64,000 bases of DNA from Spirochaetia bacterium (lineage in GTDB: Bacteria; Spirochaetota; Spirochaetia; CAKZLE01): assembly GCA_963677595.1 (NCBI GenBank), contig OY782041.1, forward strand, positions 4,064,001-4,128,000. Direction: 5' to 3'. Positions 19,933 to 31,062 of the stretch are shown in pieces. The notes below the pieces were generated by a model that did not search any database, was not told the origin of the DNA, and was given only the letters and a program-made list of their open reading frames with translations. A program made the position numbers and the translations under genes. How positions within the stretch are numbered: the stretch's first letter is position 1; each line of letters begins with the position of its first letter.

Positions 19933-20789
19933 TGTGACATGAGCCGCCTCACCAGGCCGCTGATCCCGGTGCCGAGCGAGTTGATGATGATCTGGTTGTC
20001 GATGATCTGGGCCATCTCCTGCATCTTCACTGATGCGGGACATTCAGGATAGCCGTCGACGAAGGGCTTGCGCTCGAGGATCGAGTTGCGGACCTTCCGG
20101 TCCTCTGTGATCGTCCCGAAGTGCTTCACATGCAGGCCGAGGAAATGGACGGCAGCACCCTTGAGCTTTGCATAGATCCGATCTCCCTGCTCCTCGGTGA
20201 ACGCCCTGTTCACGATGATGTTCAGTTCCGGAAGCATGGAACGCTTCGCCCGGGAGAGCACCTTGATCACCCCGTAGGCATCCTGGAGCGAGGTCGGTTC
20301 CGGGTTCACGATGATGAATGCATCCTCGGCAGCCAGGACGAAGTCGATGACGTTCCTCGTGATCCCCGCACCGGTATCGATGATCAGGTAATCGGCCTCA
20401 GAGAGTTTCTGGAGTTCACGTATGAAGAGCTTCCGCTTGTGGTCCGGGAGGTTCGCGATGCTGGCCATCCCCGAGACCCCGCCAATGACCTTCATGTTCC
20501 GGTAGCGTGTCGGTACGATGACATCCTGTATGCTTCTCTTCCCACTCAGCACATCAGCCAGGGTGTACTTGGGGCGTATCCCGAGCATGATATCGACATT
20601 GGCCATCCCTAAGTCTGCATCGAGCAGGAGCACCTTCTTACCCGACCTTGCGAGCTGGACCGCCAGGTTGACCGCGATGCAGGTCTTCCCGACCCCGCCC
20701 TTCCCGCTGGTCACCGTGATGATCCGAGTCTCTCTCCTGGTCATATTCCGCAGGGTCTCAGCCTGGTCGGTCACAGCGTCTCCCTCCAT
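19911..20789 (-). CDS. flhG: MinD-like ATPase FlhG/FleN
   Basis: N-terminal DQAETLR (DQAxxLR FlhF-activator helix), SGKGGVGKT, DADLGMAN, IDTGAG, PEPTS..DAY. Confidence 0.92.
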   Translation of the reverse strand: MEGDAVTDQAETLRNMTRRETRIITVTSGKGGVGKTCIAVNLAVQLARSGKKVLLLDADLGMANVDIMLGIRPKYTLADVLSGKRSIQDVIVPTRYRNMKVIGGVSGMASIANLPDHKRKLFIRELQKLSEADYLIIDTGAGITRNVIDFVLAAEDAFIIVNPEPTSLQDAYGVIKVLSRAKRSMLPELNIIVNRAFTEEQGDRIYAKLKGAAVHFLGLHVKHFGTITEDRKVRNSILERKPFVDGYPECPASVKMQEMAQIIDNQIIINSLGTGISGLVRRLMSHQRSSER

Positions 20790-21859
20790 TCGTTCACGTC
20801 ACCTATCTGGAAGTTTGCCAGGTCCACCGAGAACCCCTGGAGCTTCTGGAGGAAGAGCCCCTCCGTCATGGGCAGGAGGTCCTGCGGGACCCGCTGTCCC
20901 GTCGCCAGGTAGAGGACGGGCAGCTCCACCTCATGCATGAGGCTGATGAGGTTCCCGACGAGTTCCGTCTCATCGAGCTTGGTGAAGATGAGGCTCGAGA
21001 TGGGGAAGTCCGCGAACCGGTCGATCATGCGGTGTATATCGGAGTTCTTCATGGAGGCGGAGACCGCCAGCACGAAGAGGGCGTCCCTGCGGTTGATGCA
21101 GGGGGTGAGGACATCCACCATCTCCTGGTGGATCTCCACATCCTTGGGACTCTTCCCGATCGTGTCGATCAGGACGATGTCGGTCTCCTCAGTCTCCGCA
21201 AGCATGGCCTTGAGCTGCTTTTGCGTCCTGACCTCCTCCACCGGGATGCCCATGATCTCCCCGAAGGTGGTGATCTGGGCACGGGCACCGATCCGGTAGC
21301 TGTCGATGGAGATGATCCGGATGCTCTTCCGGGCAGTTTTCCCCTTTGCATCCATCCCCTGGAGGGCTGCGATCTTGGCGATGGTGGTGGTCTTCCCGAC
21401 ACCGGTCGAACCGAGCAGGATGAACCCGTGAGGCATGGCGATCTGGTGCTTCCGGTCGACCTTGATGCTGTCGCTTATCCAGGAGAGCACCTTGAGCTCG
21501 GTGAACTCATGGTCGTCGAGCTCCTCAGGCTCGCACTCCTGCTTCAGTCGGTCGATGACATAGCTGACATAGGCAGCCGTGAACTCGTTGGCGATGAGGA
21601 GCTCCCTGATATGGCTGAAGTCTCCATCACAGAAGAGCCGCTTCTGCGGCTCGGGCTCCTTACGGACGACCTCGGTACGAGGTGCAGGCGTCTCGATGAT
21701 GTAGGCGGAGACCTCGAAGATGTCGCGACGGCCTATCCCGAGAAACCCCCGCTTCTCGATATGCTTCGTTGAGTACACCCGTATGTCAGCACCATACTGC
21801 CTGTGCAGCCTGGAGACCGCCTCATCGTAGGAGGAAGCCCGCTCCGTCACGTATTCCAT
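20771..21859 (-). CDS. flhF: SRP-family GTPase FlhF
   Basis: [41 protein letters not shown]; N-terminal KRGFLG. Confidence 0.92.
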   Translation of the reverse strand: MEYVTERASSYDEAVSRLHRQYGADIRVYSTKHIEKRGFLGIGRRDIFEVSAYIIETPAPRTEVVRKEPEPQKRLFCDGDFSHIRELLIANEFTAAYVSYVIDRLKQECEPEELDDHEFTELKVLSWISDSIKVDRKHQIAMPHGFILLGSTGVGKTTTIAKIAALQGMDAKGKTARKSIRIISIDSYRIGARAQITTFGEIMGIPVEEVRTQKQLKAMLAETEETDIVLIDTIGKSPKDVEIHQEMVDVLTPCINRRDALFVLAVSASMKNSDIHRMIDRFADFPISSLIFTKLDETELVGNLISLMHEVELPVLYLATGQRVPQDLLPMTEGLFLQKLQGFSVDLANFQIGDVNEWRETL

Positions 21860-21883
21860 AATCTCTTCTGGGATCTCCTTCCC

Positions 21884-23263
21884 CTACAGGATGTACCGGC
21901 TCAGGTCCCGATCCTCCATGATATCCTGCAGCCGGTCATCCACGTATTGTTCGGTGATGGTGATCGTCTGCCCGGTGAGCTCACTGGCGTTGAAGGAGAC
22001 ATCCTCGAGCAGCCGCTCCATGATGGTATGGAGCCTCCTGGCCCCGATGTTCTCCGTCTTCCGGTTCACTTCTGCCGCGATCTGGCTCATCCTGCGGATC
22101 GAGTCATCGGTGAACTCGATCTCGACGTTCTCGGTCCGGATCAGCTCGGTATACTGCTTGGTGATCGCATGCTCCGGCTCCCGCAGGATCCGGTAGAAGT
22201 CATCACTGGTGAGGTCGTTCAGCTCGACCCGCAGGGGGAACCGCCCCTGGAGTTCGGGAATGAGGTCCGACGGCTTGCTCATATGGAAGGCACCGGCCGC
22301 GATGAAGAGGATGTGGGAGGTGTCGACCATCCCGAACTTGGTATTGACCTTGCAGCCCTCGACGATGGGGAGGATATCTCTCTGGACCCCTTCTCTCGAT
22401 ACATCCGGCCCGCCGCCCCCGTGCTTGCCGATGGCGACCTTGTCAATCTCATCGATGAAGATGATCCCGAGCTGTTCTACCCGGTCCTTGGCTATGTCGC
22501 TTGCCCGGTCCATGTCGACGAGCTTGTCCATCTCCTCCTCGAGCAGGAGTTCCTTGGCACGCTTGACAGTGACGCTCCGTTTCTTCTTCTTGCCGCCGAA
22601 GATGTTCCCGATGCTGTTCATGGCATTCTGCAGGTCATCCATCGACCCCCCGGCCATGATCTCGACCCCTGAGGCAGGCTTGTTCGATACGGAGACCTCG
22701 ATCTCGCGCTCATCGAGCTTACCGTCCCGGAGCATCTTGCGGAACTTTTCCCGCGTGCTGGTCTTCTCGCTCTCCCCATCCGGTGCGACGACGATGACGT
22801 CCGTCTCCTCAGAGGCTTTCTCCGGCTTCTTGGCCTTGACCCCGGGCAAGAGGAGGTCGAGCAGGTGCTCCTCAGCACGCCGCTTCGCCTCTTCCTCGAC
22901 AGCCTCTGCCAGTTCTGACTTGACCATCGAGACGGCAACACTCATGAGGTCCCTGACCATCGACTCGACATCACGGCCGACATAGCCGACCTCGGTGTAC
23001 TTGGATGCCTCGACCTTCACGAAGGGTGCCCCGCTGAGGCGGGAGAGCCTCCTCGCGATCTCGGTCTTCCCGACACCGGTGGACCCGATCATGATGATGT
23101 TCTTCGGGGAGATCTCCTCCTGGAGCTCCTTGGGGAGCCTTCTCCTCCGAACACGGTTCCGCAGGGCAATGGCGACGACGCGCTTGGCCTCGTCCTGCCC
23201 GATGATGTATTTATCAAGTTCCCTGACGATCTCGGCAGGTACCATCTCATCCAGATTCCTCAT
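21884..23263 (-). CDS. hslU: ATP-dependent protease ATPase HslU
   Basis: [53 protein letters not shown]. Confidence 0.98.
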   Translation of the reverse strand: MRNLDEMVPAEIVRELDKYIIGQDEAKRVVAIALRNRVRRRRLPKELQEEISPKNIIMIGSTGVGKTEIARRLSRLSGAPFVKVEASKYTEVGYVGRDVESMVRDLMSVAVSMVKSELAEAVEEEAKRRAEEHLLDLLLPGVKAKKPEKASEETDVIVVAPDGESEKTSTREKFRKMLRDGKLDEREIEVSVSNKPASGVEIMAGGSMDDLQNAMNSIGNIFGGKKKKRSVTVKRAKELLLEEEMDKLVDMDRASDIAKDRVEQLGIIFIDEIDKVAIGKHGGGGPDVSREGVQRDILPIVEGCKVNTKFGMVDTSHILFIAAGAFHMSKPSDLIPELQGRFPLRVELNDLTSDDFYRILREPEHAITKQYTELIRTENVEIEFTDDSIRRMSQIAAEVNRKTENIGARRLHTIMERLLEDVSFNASELTGQTITITEQYVDDRLQDIMEDRDLSRYIL

Positions 23264-23796
23264 GCTTCCAACTCCTCGACAATGATGCTCCCGTTCGTGT
23301 AGATACAGATCTCCGATGCGATCTCAAGCGCCTTCCGTGCCGTCGTTGCGGCATCATAGGCATCCACATCCATATAAGCCCGTGCCGCGGCATAGGCGTA
23401 GGACCCGCCGGAACCGATCGCGATGCAGTCATGCTCAGGCTGGACCACGTCCCCCGTCCCCGAGATGAGGAAGGTGACATCCTTGTCCGCCACGATCATC
23501 ATGGCATCGAGCTTCTGCAGGGTCCTGTCGGTCCTCCACTCCTTTGCCATCTCCACGGCAGCCCGGGTCAGGTCACCGTCATACTGGGAGAGTCTCTTCT
23601 CTATCAGCTCGAAGAGCGTGAAGGCATCTGCCGTCGCGCCGGCGAAGCCGGTGATCACCCGGTCATGGTAGAGCCTGCGCACCTTCCGTGCGTTCCCCTT
23701 CATGACGGTATTCCCCAGGGTGACCTGTCCGTCACCCGCTATTGCCACGCTCCCGCCCTTCCTGACGGCTAATATGGTGGTCCCTCTAAAACTCAT
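23260..23796 (-). CDS. hslV: ATP-dependent protease subunit HslV
   Basis: [37 protein letters not shown]; start re-set to the ATG after SD AGGAG. Confidence 0.96.
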   Translation of the reverse strand: MSFRGTTILAVRKGGSVAIAGDGQVTLGNTVMKGNARKVRRLYHDRVITGFAGATADAFTLFELIEKRLSQYDGDLTRAAVEMAKEWRTDRTLQKLDAMMIVADKDVTFLISGTGDVVQPEHDCIAIGSGGSYAYAAARAYMDVDAYDAATTARKALEIASEICIYTNGSIIVEELEA

Positions 23797-24712
23797 CGTT
23801 AGTTCTCCTTCCATGCGGATGGGCATCAGTATACACATCCTTCAGCCGCTTCACGCTGACATGTGAATAGATCTGGGTCGTCGAGATGTTCTCGTGCCCG
23901 AGCAGCTCCTGCACTACCCTGATCCCTGCGTCGTGGTCGAGCAGCTGGGTAGCGAAGGTATGCCTGAATGTGTGCGGCGTCACGTGTTTTTCTATCCCTG
24001 TCTTCTTCGCATATGTTTGAAAAATATAGTGAACACCCTGCGGAGTCAACTGTTTTCCCTGTTTATTGATAAAAAGTGAGGACGTGCGCACCGGATCGGC
24101 ACCAAGGCCCTCAAGATAGGTGCTCCTCAGCCTCAGGTAGGTCCCTATATCCGAGACAGCAGAATCAGAGAGGAAGACAAACCGGTCCTTGCTCCCCTTG
24201 CCGTGGACGATGACCCGACCCCGGGGAAGGTCGAGGTCCTTCACCTCCATGGCCAGCAGTTCCGAGAGCCTGCAGCCCGTCGAGTAGAGGACCCGGAAGA
24301 TCACCCGGTCGCGCATGCCGAACACGTCGTGGCCCGGGGCGTGGATGAACCTCCGCACCTCCTCGACAGTCAGCACAGCAGGGAGGGTCCGCTGCCGCTT
24401 CATGCTCTTCACCAGGGAGAAGGGGTTCTCCGAGACGATCTCGAACCGAAGGCAGTAGGCGTAGAAGGTCTTGACCCCGGAGATGATCCGGTTCATGCTG
24501 CTCTCGCTGTAGGAATCACGCTTGAGACCAGTGACGAAGCGCCTGGCGTCCTCGAAACGCAGAGAACCGAATACCAGCCCCTGACTGCCGATGAATGCGC
24601 CCAAGAGCTTCAGGTCATGCGCATAGGCACTGACCGTGTGGTCAGAGAAGTTTCGTATATCGCGGCAGTAGACGAGATAGGAATCGATCGCGGCATCAAG
24701 GTCAGGGTTCAT
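23786..24712 (-). CDS. xerC: Tyrosine recombinase XerC-like
   Basis: [33 protein letters not shown]....TTQIY. Confidence 0.85.
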   Translation of the reverse strand: MNPDLDAAIDSYLVYCRDIRNFSDHTVSAYAHDLKLLGAFIGSQGLVFGSLRFEDARRFVTGLKRDSYSESSMNRIISGVKTFYAYCLRFEIVSENPFSLVKSMKRQRTLPAVLTVEEVRRFIHAPGHDVFGMRDRVIFRVLYSTGCRLSELLAMEVKDLDLPRGRVIVHGKGSKDRFVFLSDSAVSDIGTYLRLRSTYLEGLGADPVRTSSLFINKQGKQLTPQGVHYIFQTYAKKTGIEKHVTPHTFRHTFATQLLDHDAGIRVVQELLGHENISTTQIYSHVSVKRLKDVYTDAHPHGRRTNDEF

Positions 24713-25682
24713 CGTTCCTCCAGATCACAAAACGTTGGGAGCCGTACCAGATCACCTTCTCCACGCTGCTCCCCTGCGGGGGAGCACCCTGCGTGACCTG
24801 CAGTCCCATTGTACCATTCCCGCCTACGGCCCTCAATAGGTCCTGTAGGCTTTCGACCACCACGGCCCCGTCCTCTGCCAGCTTCCGGGTACCGTCCGAC
24901 CGCGGGGAAGCACACATGGCCCCGTCCACGAGAACGTCCCTTCCCTGCTCGAGCGCGAAGTCAGCCGTGATCAGCGCACCCGAGGCTGCGGGGGCCTCGA
25001 CGATGCAGACGGCGGAGCTCAGCCCGCTCAGCAGCCGGTTGCGCTTGGGGAAGGTCCATCGCTTCGGGCCCATCCAGGGAGGGAACTCCGTCAGCACCCC
25101 TCCCCCTGCATCGATCATCTTCCGGCAGAGGCTGATATGCGCCTTGGGGTAGATGCTCTCCAGCCCGCTCCCGATCACCGACCAGGTCCTCCCGCCCGCA
25201 CCAGCTGCCCCGGCATGGGCTGCCGCATCGATCCCGTAGGCCAGGCCTGAGAAGACAGGGCATCCTCCCAGGGCCAGCGAGGCACCGATCATGAAGGCAC
25301 GGTGTATGCCGGCTGTCGTTGCCCGCCGGGTGCCCACGACCGCGACCCCGGCCGCGGCAGGCGGCAAGTTCCCCCACACGTAGAGCAGGTAGGGGGGATC
25401 GTAGATATGCCTGAGCAGGGGCGGGAACTGCTCATCCGCTGCACTGAGGAGGCTGTACCCCCCTCGGGCACATGAGTTTGCTGCCATGTCTGCCTGGGAA
25501 CTGAGCTTCGTACGGTCATAGACCGAGGATGCGTACCTCCTGCCGATCAGGCGTGAGATAGCACGGTGGTCGAGGGTGAGGATCGTCCTGGTATCAAGTA
25601 GGCTCTCGATCCTCTGTGCTTCAGCCGCTGACAGGTTCGGTATGAGGCTGATGCACAACTGCTTGTATCGGTAATCATCCAT
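24702..25682 (-). CDS. dprA: DNA-processing protein DprA (Smf)
   Basis: PP.LLYVWG, VVGTR, SGLAYGIDAAAH, FPKRNRLLSGLS, VEAP..SGALITA.FALEQGR. Confidence 0.93.
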   Translation of the reverse strand: MDDYRYKQLCISLIPNLSAAEAQRIESLLDTRTILTLDHRAISRLIGRRYASSVYDRTKLSSQADMAANSCARGGYSLLSAADEQFPPLLRHIYDPPYLLYVWGNLPPAAAGVAVVGTRRATTAGIHRAFMIGASLALGGCPVFSGLAYGIDAAAHAGAAGAGGRTWSVIGSGLESIYPKAHISLCRKMIDAGGGVLTEFPPWMGPKRWTFPKRNRLLSGLSSAVCIVEAPAASGALITADFALEQGRDVLVDGAMCASPRSDGTRKLAEDGAVVVESLQDLLRAVGGNGTMGLQVTQGAPPQGSSVEKVIWYGSQRFVIWRNDEP

Positions 25683-25720
25683 TGGTTTCCTCCATACCTA
25701 CTATGAACAGGAAAAAACCG

Positions 25721-26632
25721 TTATTGATTCAAATCTTCGATCTCCGGGAGGAATTTCTTATGGTAATCCTGCAGTTCGTCCGTGCAGATGTGCGTGTAGA
25801 TCTGCGTGGTGCTGATGTCGCTGTGGCCGAGCAGCTCCTGCACGACCCTGAGGTCGGCACCGTTTGACAGCAGGTGTGTCGCGAAGGAGTGGCGGAGGGT
25901 ATGCACCTTCGATTCCAGCCCCGCGGCAGCGGCATATTTCCTCACCATCCTCCAGGCGGCCTGCCTGGTCACGTCCGTCCCCCTGGAGGAGAGGAACACG
26001 CTCTTGGTCATCCTGCCCGGCTTGAGGTATTCCGGTCCGCGGACCTCTTTCATATACCTCTGCAGCCAGTAGAGGGCGACCTCCCCGATGGGGATGATCC
26101 GCTCCTTGGATCCCTTCCCGATGACCCGCAGGAGCTCTTCGGAGAAGAAGATATCTGAAACTTCAAGGCCTACCGCCTCGCTCACCCGCAGGCCGCAGGA
26201 GTAGATCAGCTCGATGAGGGCCCGGTCCCGGATGCCCATCAGGCTGTCAGTATCGATCCGTGCGAGGAGTTCCTCTACCTGGGAGACCGTCAGGACCGAG
26301 GGGATCCGGCGTGAGACCTTCACGCGCTCGACCCGGTCTGCCGGGTTGTCGCTGCGGAGACGGTCATGCTGGAGGTACCGGAAGAAGGACCTGATGACCG
26401 TGACGGCCTTCGCGATGGTCCTGGCATCGAGGCCCCGCTCGCTCTTCTCGGAGATGTAGGAGATGAGCCCGGCTGGATCGACTGCGAGGGCATCGGTCCC
26501 GATTCCCTCGAGATGCTGCAGGAACAGCTCGCTCTCCCGCATATAATCGCTGACCGTCGACTCACTCAGCCGGAGTTCGACGGTCAGGTAATCCTCATAG
26601 TGATCGAGGAGGGTTCGTGAGGCAGGGAGCAT
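25721..26632 (-). CDS. xerD: Tyrosine recombinase XerD-like
   Basis: [60 protein letters not shown]. Confidence 0.88.
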   Translation of the reverse strand: MLPASRTLLDHYEDYLTVELRLSESTVSDYMRESELFLQHLEGIGTDALAVDPAGLISYISEKSERGLDARTIAKAVTVIRSFFRYLQHDRLRSDNPADRVERVKVSRRIPSVLTVSQVEELLARIDTDSLMGIRDRALIELIYSCGLRVSEAVGLEVSDIFFSEELLRVIGKGSKERIIPIGEVALYWLQRYMKEVRGPEYLKPGRMTKSVFLSSRGTDVTRQAAWRMVRKYAAAAGLESKVHTLRHSFATHLLSNGADLRVVQELLGHSDISTTQIYTHICTDELQDYHKKFLPEIEDLNQ

Positions 26633-26637
26633 CTGTG

Positions 26638-27834
26638 CTATTTCTTCTCCCGTGAGTAGCGCAGTGCTGCCGGGTAGGAGAGATCATCTGATGTCTTCCC
26701 GGGACTCTGCATCCGCTCCTTGAGGTCCTGCCACCGGTCGATGGTGATGACCTCCTGGGGGATCTCCCGCTTCTCCGGCTCAGGAGGCTTCCTGAAGCCC
26801 ATGAGGTTCTCACTCTTGTGCTTGGTACTGAACTCCTCATAGGAGGGTTCCTGGCGATCGAACCCGGTAGCCACGAGCGTCACCTTGAGCTTGCCCTCGA
26901 GGTTGGGGTTGTGGGACTGGCCTGCGATGATCAGGGCATCCTCATCTGCATTCTCCGTGATGATCTCGACCACGTCCTGGTACTCCTTGAGGGTCAGGTC
27001 ATCCCCTCCCGAGAGGTTCACGAGGATCCCCTTCGCGCCCTCGATCCGTGCGTTCTCGAGCAGGGGGTTGTTGATCGCCTGCTCGGCAGCGATGATGGCG
27101 CGGTCAGCACCTTCTCCCACGCCGATGCCCATGAGCGCGTCGCCGCGTCCCTTCATGACGGTCCTGACGTCGGCGAAGTCAATATTGATCTCACCCGGTT
27201 CGGTGATCAGCTCACTGATCCCCTGCACGCCCTGCCTGAGGACGTCATCGGCGATCTGGAAGGCCTGCTTGATCGGGGTATTCGCCTCGACGATCTTCAG
27301 CAGGTACTGGTTCGGGATGATGATGAGGGTATCGACGCACTTCCTGAGACGCTCGATCCCTTCTGTTGCGAGGGTCTGCTTCTTCTTTCCCTCGAAGATG
27401 AAGGGGGTGGTCACTACCGCCACGGTCAGGGCATTCATGCTCTTGGCGACCTCGGCGATGGCAGGTGCCGCACCGGTACCGGTTCCGCCGCCCATCCCGG
27501 CAGTGATGAAGACCATGTCGGTGCCCTCGATGATCTTCTTGATGTCATCCTCGGACTCGATGGCAGCCTGCTCCCCGATCTCGGGGATACCGCCGGCACC
27601 GAGCCCCCCGGTGAGCTTCGACCCCAGTGGGAGGCGCTTCTCAGCCTTTGACCGCTGCAATGCCTGCACGTCGGTGTTGAGGGCAACATACTCGACGTTC
27701 TTCAGCCCTGCGGCAATCATCCGGTTGATCGCGTTCCCGCCGCCACCGCCGATGCCGAGGACCTTGATGACCGTAGGGGTCGAACGTTCCATAATATAAT
27801 CATCTGAATTCGGTAATATCTCAATGTTCATCAT
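26638..27834 (-). CDS. ftsZ: Cell division protein FtsZ
   Basis: [35 protein letters not shown]; SD GGAGG. Confidence 0.99.
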   Translation of the reverse strand: MMNIEILPNSDDYIMERSTPTVIKVLGIGGGGGNAINRMIAAGLKNVEYVALNTDVQALQRSKAEKRLPLGSKLTGGLGAGGIPEIGEQAAIESEDDIKKIIEGTDMVFITAGMGGGTGTGAAPAIAEVAKSMNALTVAVVTTPFIFEGKKKQTLATEGIERLRKCVDTLIIIPNQYLLKIVEANTPIKQAFQIADDVLRQGVQGISELITEPGEINIDFADVRTVMKGRGDALMGIGVGEGADRAIIAAEQAINNPLLENARIEGAKGILVNLSGGDDLTLKEYQDVVEIITENADEDALIIAGQSHNPNLEGKLKVTLVATGFDRQEPSYEEFSTKHKSENLMGFRKPPEPEKREIPQEVITIDRWQDLKERMQSPGKTSDDLSYPAALRYSREKK

Positions 27835-27852
27835 ATTCCTCCCCACTGCCTG

Positions 27853-29097
27853 CTAGAACAGTGTCTCAAATACATTCTTTATCTTCGATCCCAATCCACG
27901 CTTCGGCCTGGAATCAGGTTTGACCTCGATCACACCGCTTCTTCTTGCATCATAGAGGACCAGGCCGATCGCCGTCGAATACCGGAGATCGAACTGGTTC
28001 ACGTCGAAGCCGTCGAAGGGTTTGAAGCTCGCCCGTCTTGCCGGCCGGTCGAAGAGCTCTGCGGCGAGCTCGGTAGCCCCAGGCATCATGGCCCCGCCCC
28101 CGGTCAGGGCAACGCCCCCGAAGGAGTGGAGCAGCCCGCGCTTGTCGAGCATGTTCCGCAGCATGGCGAAGGTCTCGGCGACCCGGGGTTCGATGATCTT
28201 GCAGAGCTCCTTCCGCGGCATGCGGATGGACGGCAGCCCCCCCACCTGGGGGAGGATGACCATCTCATGGTCATCGATCATCGGCTCATAGCATGACCCG
28301 TGGGCGATCTTCATCTCCTCGATCAGCTGCAGGGGCTGGTTGAGCACGAAGGCCAGGTCAGCGGTGACCTGGGACCCCCCGATGTCGATCCCGCCCACGA
28401 AGACCGGGGCACCGTGGAGGTAGCCGACCATATTGGTCATCCCCGCCCCGAGGTTGATCAGCAGCGTCCCCATCTCCTTCTCGTCACTTGAGAGGAGCGC
28501 CTCCGAGTCAGCGAGCTGCTGCAGGACCCGTCTCTTGGTGATCAGGCCTGAGCGCTTGATGCACTTGTCTATATTCTGGGAAGCGGTGACCGAGCCGGTC
28601 ACGATCATGACCTTCGTCTCGAGCCGGTGGCCGATCATGTCGATAGGGTCCTTGATCCCGCTGCGCCCGTCGATGCTGAAATCCTGTACCAGGGTATGGA
28701 GGATCTCCCGGTCGAGCGGGAGCTCGAACGCCCGTGCGACCTCCATGGACCGGTAGATGTCATCAGACCGAATCTCCTGGTCCTTGGAATGGATGCCTAC
28801 CACCCCCTGGGACATGAGCCCCTCGATATGGCTGCCCGAGACGCCGGTGACGATCTGCTTGATCTCACATGCGGCCTCGATCTCGATCTCCCGCCTGATG
28901 TTCGAGATGATCCCGATCACGGACTCTATGTTGATGATGTTCCCGGCACGTACCCCTTCGGCATGCTGTTCCTTGAAGGCAATGATCCTGACACTCCCGT
29001 CCGGCTGCTTCGCACCGGCGACTGCGCAGATCTTCGAGGTCCCGATATCCAAGCCGAGGATGGTATTGTCTGTAACCAAAACATGCTCCTTTCTCAT
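27853..29097 (-). CDS. ftsA: Cell division protein FtsA
   Basis: GLDIGTSKI, DPI.M.G.RLE, EKEMG, GG..VT.D, LTGGGA, C-terminal amphipathic helix. Confidence 0.95.
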   Translation of the reverse strand: MRKEHVLVTDNTILGLDIGTSKICAVAGAKQPDGSVRIIAFKEQHAEGVRAGNIINIESVIGIISNIRREIEIEAACEIKQIVTGVSGSHIEGLMSQGVVGIHSKDQEIRSDDIYRSMEVARAFELPLDREILHTLVQDFSIDGRSGIKDPIDMIGHRLETKVMIVTGSVTASQNIDKCIKRSGLITKRRVLQQLADSEALLSSDEKEMGTLLINLGAGMTNMVGYLHGAPVFVGGIDIGGSQVTADLAFVLNQPLQLIEEMKIAHGSCYEPMIDDHEMVILPQVGGLPSIRMPRKELCKIIEPRVAETFAMLRNMLDKRGLLHSFGGVALTGGGAMMPGATELAAELFDRPARRASFKPFDGFDVNQFDLRYSTAIGLVLYDARRSGVIEVKPDSRPKRGLGSKIKNVFETLF

Positions 29098-29865
29098 CTA
29101 CTCACCACTCTCTATCATATAGGTATCAAATACCTTATACTGAAGCAGGGAACCAGATGACTCACTCTTCCCGATCAACAATGCAGCTCGAACAGCCTCT
29201 TCAAGCCTACCCCCAGATATGGGGTTATATAATATCAGATCCAAGGGGAACCCAATATATGTAATATGTATCGTGATTGCCTTACTGTTATTTGTACCGT
29301 ATTTTACCTCCGATATCAAGTTATATATATCAGCTGCGGCATTCTTTAATTCATTAAGCATGGGAATATATCGCAAGGCATCACGTATGCCCTCCCCGAC
29401 TGCTTCACTGCCTGTCGGCTGCTGGTCCAACTCGATGAATGGGATGGTGTTGCGCAGCCTCGATACCAGCTTCTCATAACCTTCGAAGGTCGTCCCGTCG
29501 CTGTTCACGACCGTCTCGACATCGGCGGAGAAAACGGCTATCGGCACCTTGGGGACGATCGTGATGAACAGCGACCCGGGATACTTCTTCCGGACGCTGC
29601 AGCTCTCGATGATCCCGAACCGTTCCAGGTAATCGGTGATCCGCCGTTCGTCGGCATCCGGGTAGCTCAAGCCCCTGAGTGATTCCAGGTAGCTCTCTGC
29701 CTCGGCCGGCAGGACCGCCTGGTCAGTCAGCCCGTGGATCTCGATATAATCGATCGTCTGCCTCGGATAGACCAGGGTCAGGAAGACGATCGAACCAGCC
29801 GCGGCAAGGCCTATCAGTCCAATGAGTATGCTTGCTGTCAATCTGATGTGCCTTCCTGCCAACAT
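29098..29865 (-). CDS. ftsQ: Cell division protein FtsQ/DivIB
   Basis: Single N-terminal TM, POTRA-like segment (V.KKYPGSLFITI...PIA), located between ftsW and ftsA. Confidence 0.75.
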   Translation of the reverse strand: MLAGRHIRLTASILIGLIGLAAAGSIVFLTLVYPRQTIDYIEIHGLTDQAVLPAEAESYLESLRGLSYPDADERRITDYLERFGIIESCSVRKKYPGSLFITIVPKVPIAVFSADVETVVNSDGTTFEGYEKLVSRLRNTIPFIELDQQPTGSEAVGEGIRDALRYIPMLNELKNAAADIYNLISEVKYGTNNSKAITIHITYIGFPLDLILYNPISGGRLEEAVRAALLIGKSESSGSLLQYKVFDTYMIESGE

Positions 29866-29872
29866 CCTCCCC

Positions 29873-31048
29873 CTATTCGAAATCTATAGCCCGGGACTGC
29901 CCGGGGTCTTCGTCAGGCTCCGGCCTGACCGGTTCACGCTCGGCGATGATCTTCACCAGCAGCCCGCACATGCCGAGGTTCATGAGCAGGTTGGTCCCCC
30001 CTGCCGAGAAGAACGGCAGCGGGATCCCCGTGGGGGGCACGATGCCGCTCACCACGCCGATGTTCAACAGTACCTGCCAGATGAGGATATGGGAGATGCC
30101 GAACCCGGTCAGGTAGAGGAAACGGCTGCCATCCTCGTGGCGTGCCGCCCCGCGATACCCCATATACACCAGCAGGAAGAAGGCGATGATCACGAGCAGG
30201 ACCCCGATGAAGCCGAACTCCTCGGCGAACGAGGCGAAGATGAAGTCCGACTGCACTTCCGGCAGCTTCCCGAGTTTGTAGGTCCCCTGCCCGAACCCCT
30301 TGCCGAACAGCCCGCCTGAGGCGATGGCATCCAGTGATATATTCACCTGGTAGTTGATCCCCGACGGGTCGATATCCTTGAAGATGAACCCGATGACCCG
30401 CTTGAGCCGGTACTCCTCCGTCAGGAGGAGCAGGATCCCGGGGATCCCTGCCAGGGCCAGGTAATAGACGAGGTAGGAGACCTTCACTCCACCGATCAGC
30501 AGGATCGAGAAGCAGAGGAAGAGGAAGACCATGGTGGTCGAGTAGTCACGCTGGATGATGATGAGCAAGGCTGAGAAGAAGATCATCGCGATGGGGACGG
30601 TCGCCACCCTGAATGAATCGAGAGTCTTCTCCTTCTTCGTCAGGTAGCTCGCCAGGTAGAGGATCACCGCCACTTTCAACAGTTCCGAGGGCTGGAAGCT
30701 CAGCGGACCGAGCCGCAGCCACCTCGTGGCACCGAGACGGGTCTCGCCGAGCGGCGTGAAGGAGGTCAGCCCCATGAGGATGAAGCTCAGGATCAGCAGT
30801 GCGGGGATCATCATCCTGATGAAGGAGATCGGCAGGTAGTAGATGACCGCAGCTGCGGCACATCCAGCCGCGGCGAAGATGAGCTGCCTGCGGAAGAAGT
30901 AGTCCACCGGGAGGTCAAGGCGCAGTGCCTTGTCGTACGAGGCTGAGTAGAGTGTCGCCAGCCCGATACCAAGAAGAAGCAATACGAGCATGGTGCCCAT
31001 GATTGCTTCTTTCCGGTTGTTGTCCTGGTAGTCCTGCAGATTCTCCAT
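29873..31048 (-). CDS. ftsW: SEDS glycosyltransferase FtsW
   Basis: GATRW, QPSELLK, YQ....AIASGG, LPE.QSDFIF....EEFG, P.TGIPLPFFSAGG. Confidence 0.95.
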   Translation of the reverse strand: MENLQDYQDNNRKEAIMGTMLVLLLLGIGLATLYSASYDKALRLDLPVDYFFRRQLIFAAAGCAAAAVIYYLPISFIRMMIPALLILSFILMGLTSFTPLGETRLGATRWLRLGPLSFQPSELLKVAVILYLASYLTKKEKTLDSFRVATVPIAMIFFSALLIIIQRDYSTTMVFLFLCFSILLIGGVKVSYLVYYLALAGIPGILLLLTEEYRLKRVIGFIFKDIDPSGINYQVNISLDAIASGGLFGKGFGQGTYKLGKLPEVQSDFIFASFAEEFGFIGVLLVIIAFFLLVYMGYRGAARHEDGSRFLYLTGFGISHILIWQVLLNIGVVSGIVPPTGIPLPFFSAGGTNLLMNLGMCGLLVKIIAEREPVRPEPDEDPGQSRAIDFE

Positions 31049-31062
31049 CTCTTTTCAGCTCC

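Noticed and set aside
23786-26632. Two tyrosine recombinases as a sign of a prophage or integrative element
   Set aside because: XerC/XerD-like genes in the conserved ftsZ-dprA-hslVU context; no att sites or phage genes seen
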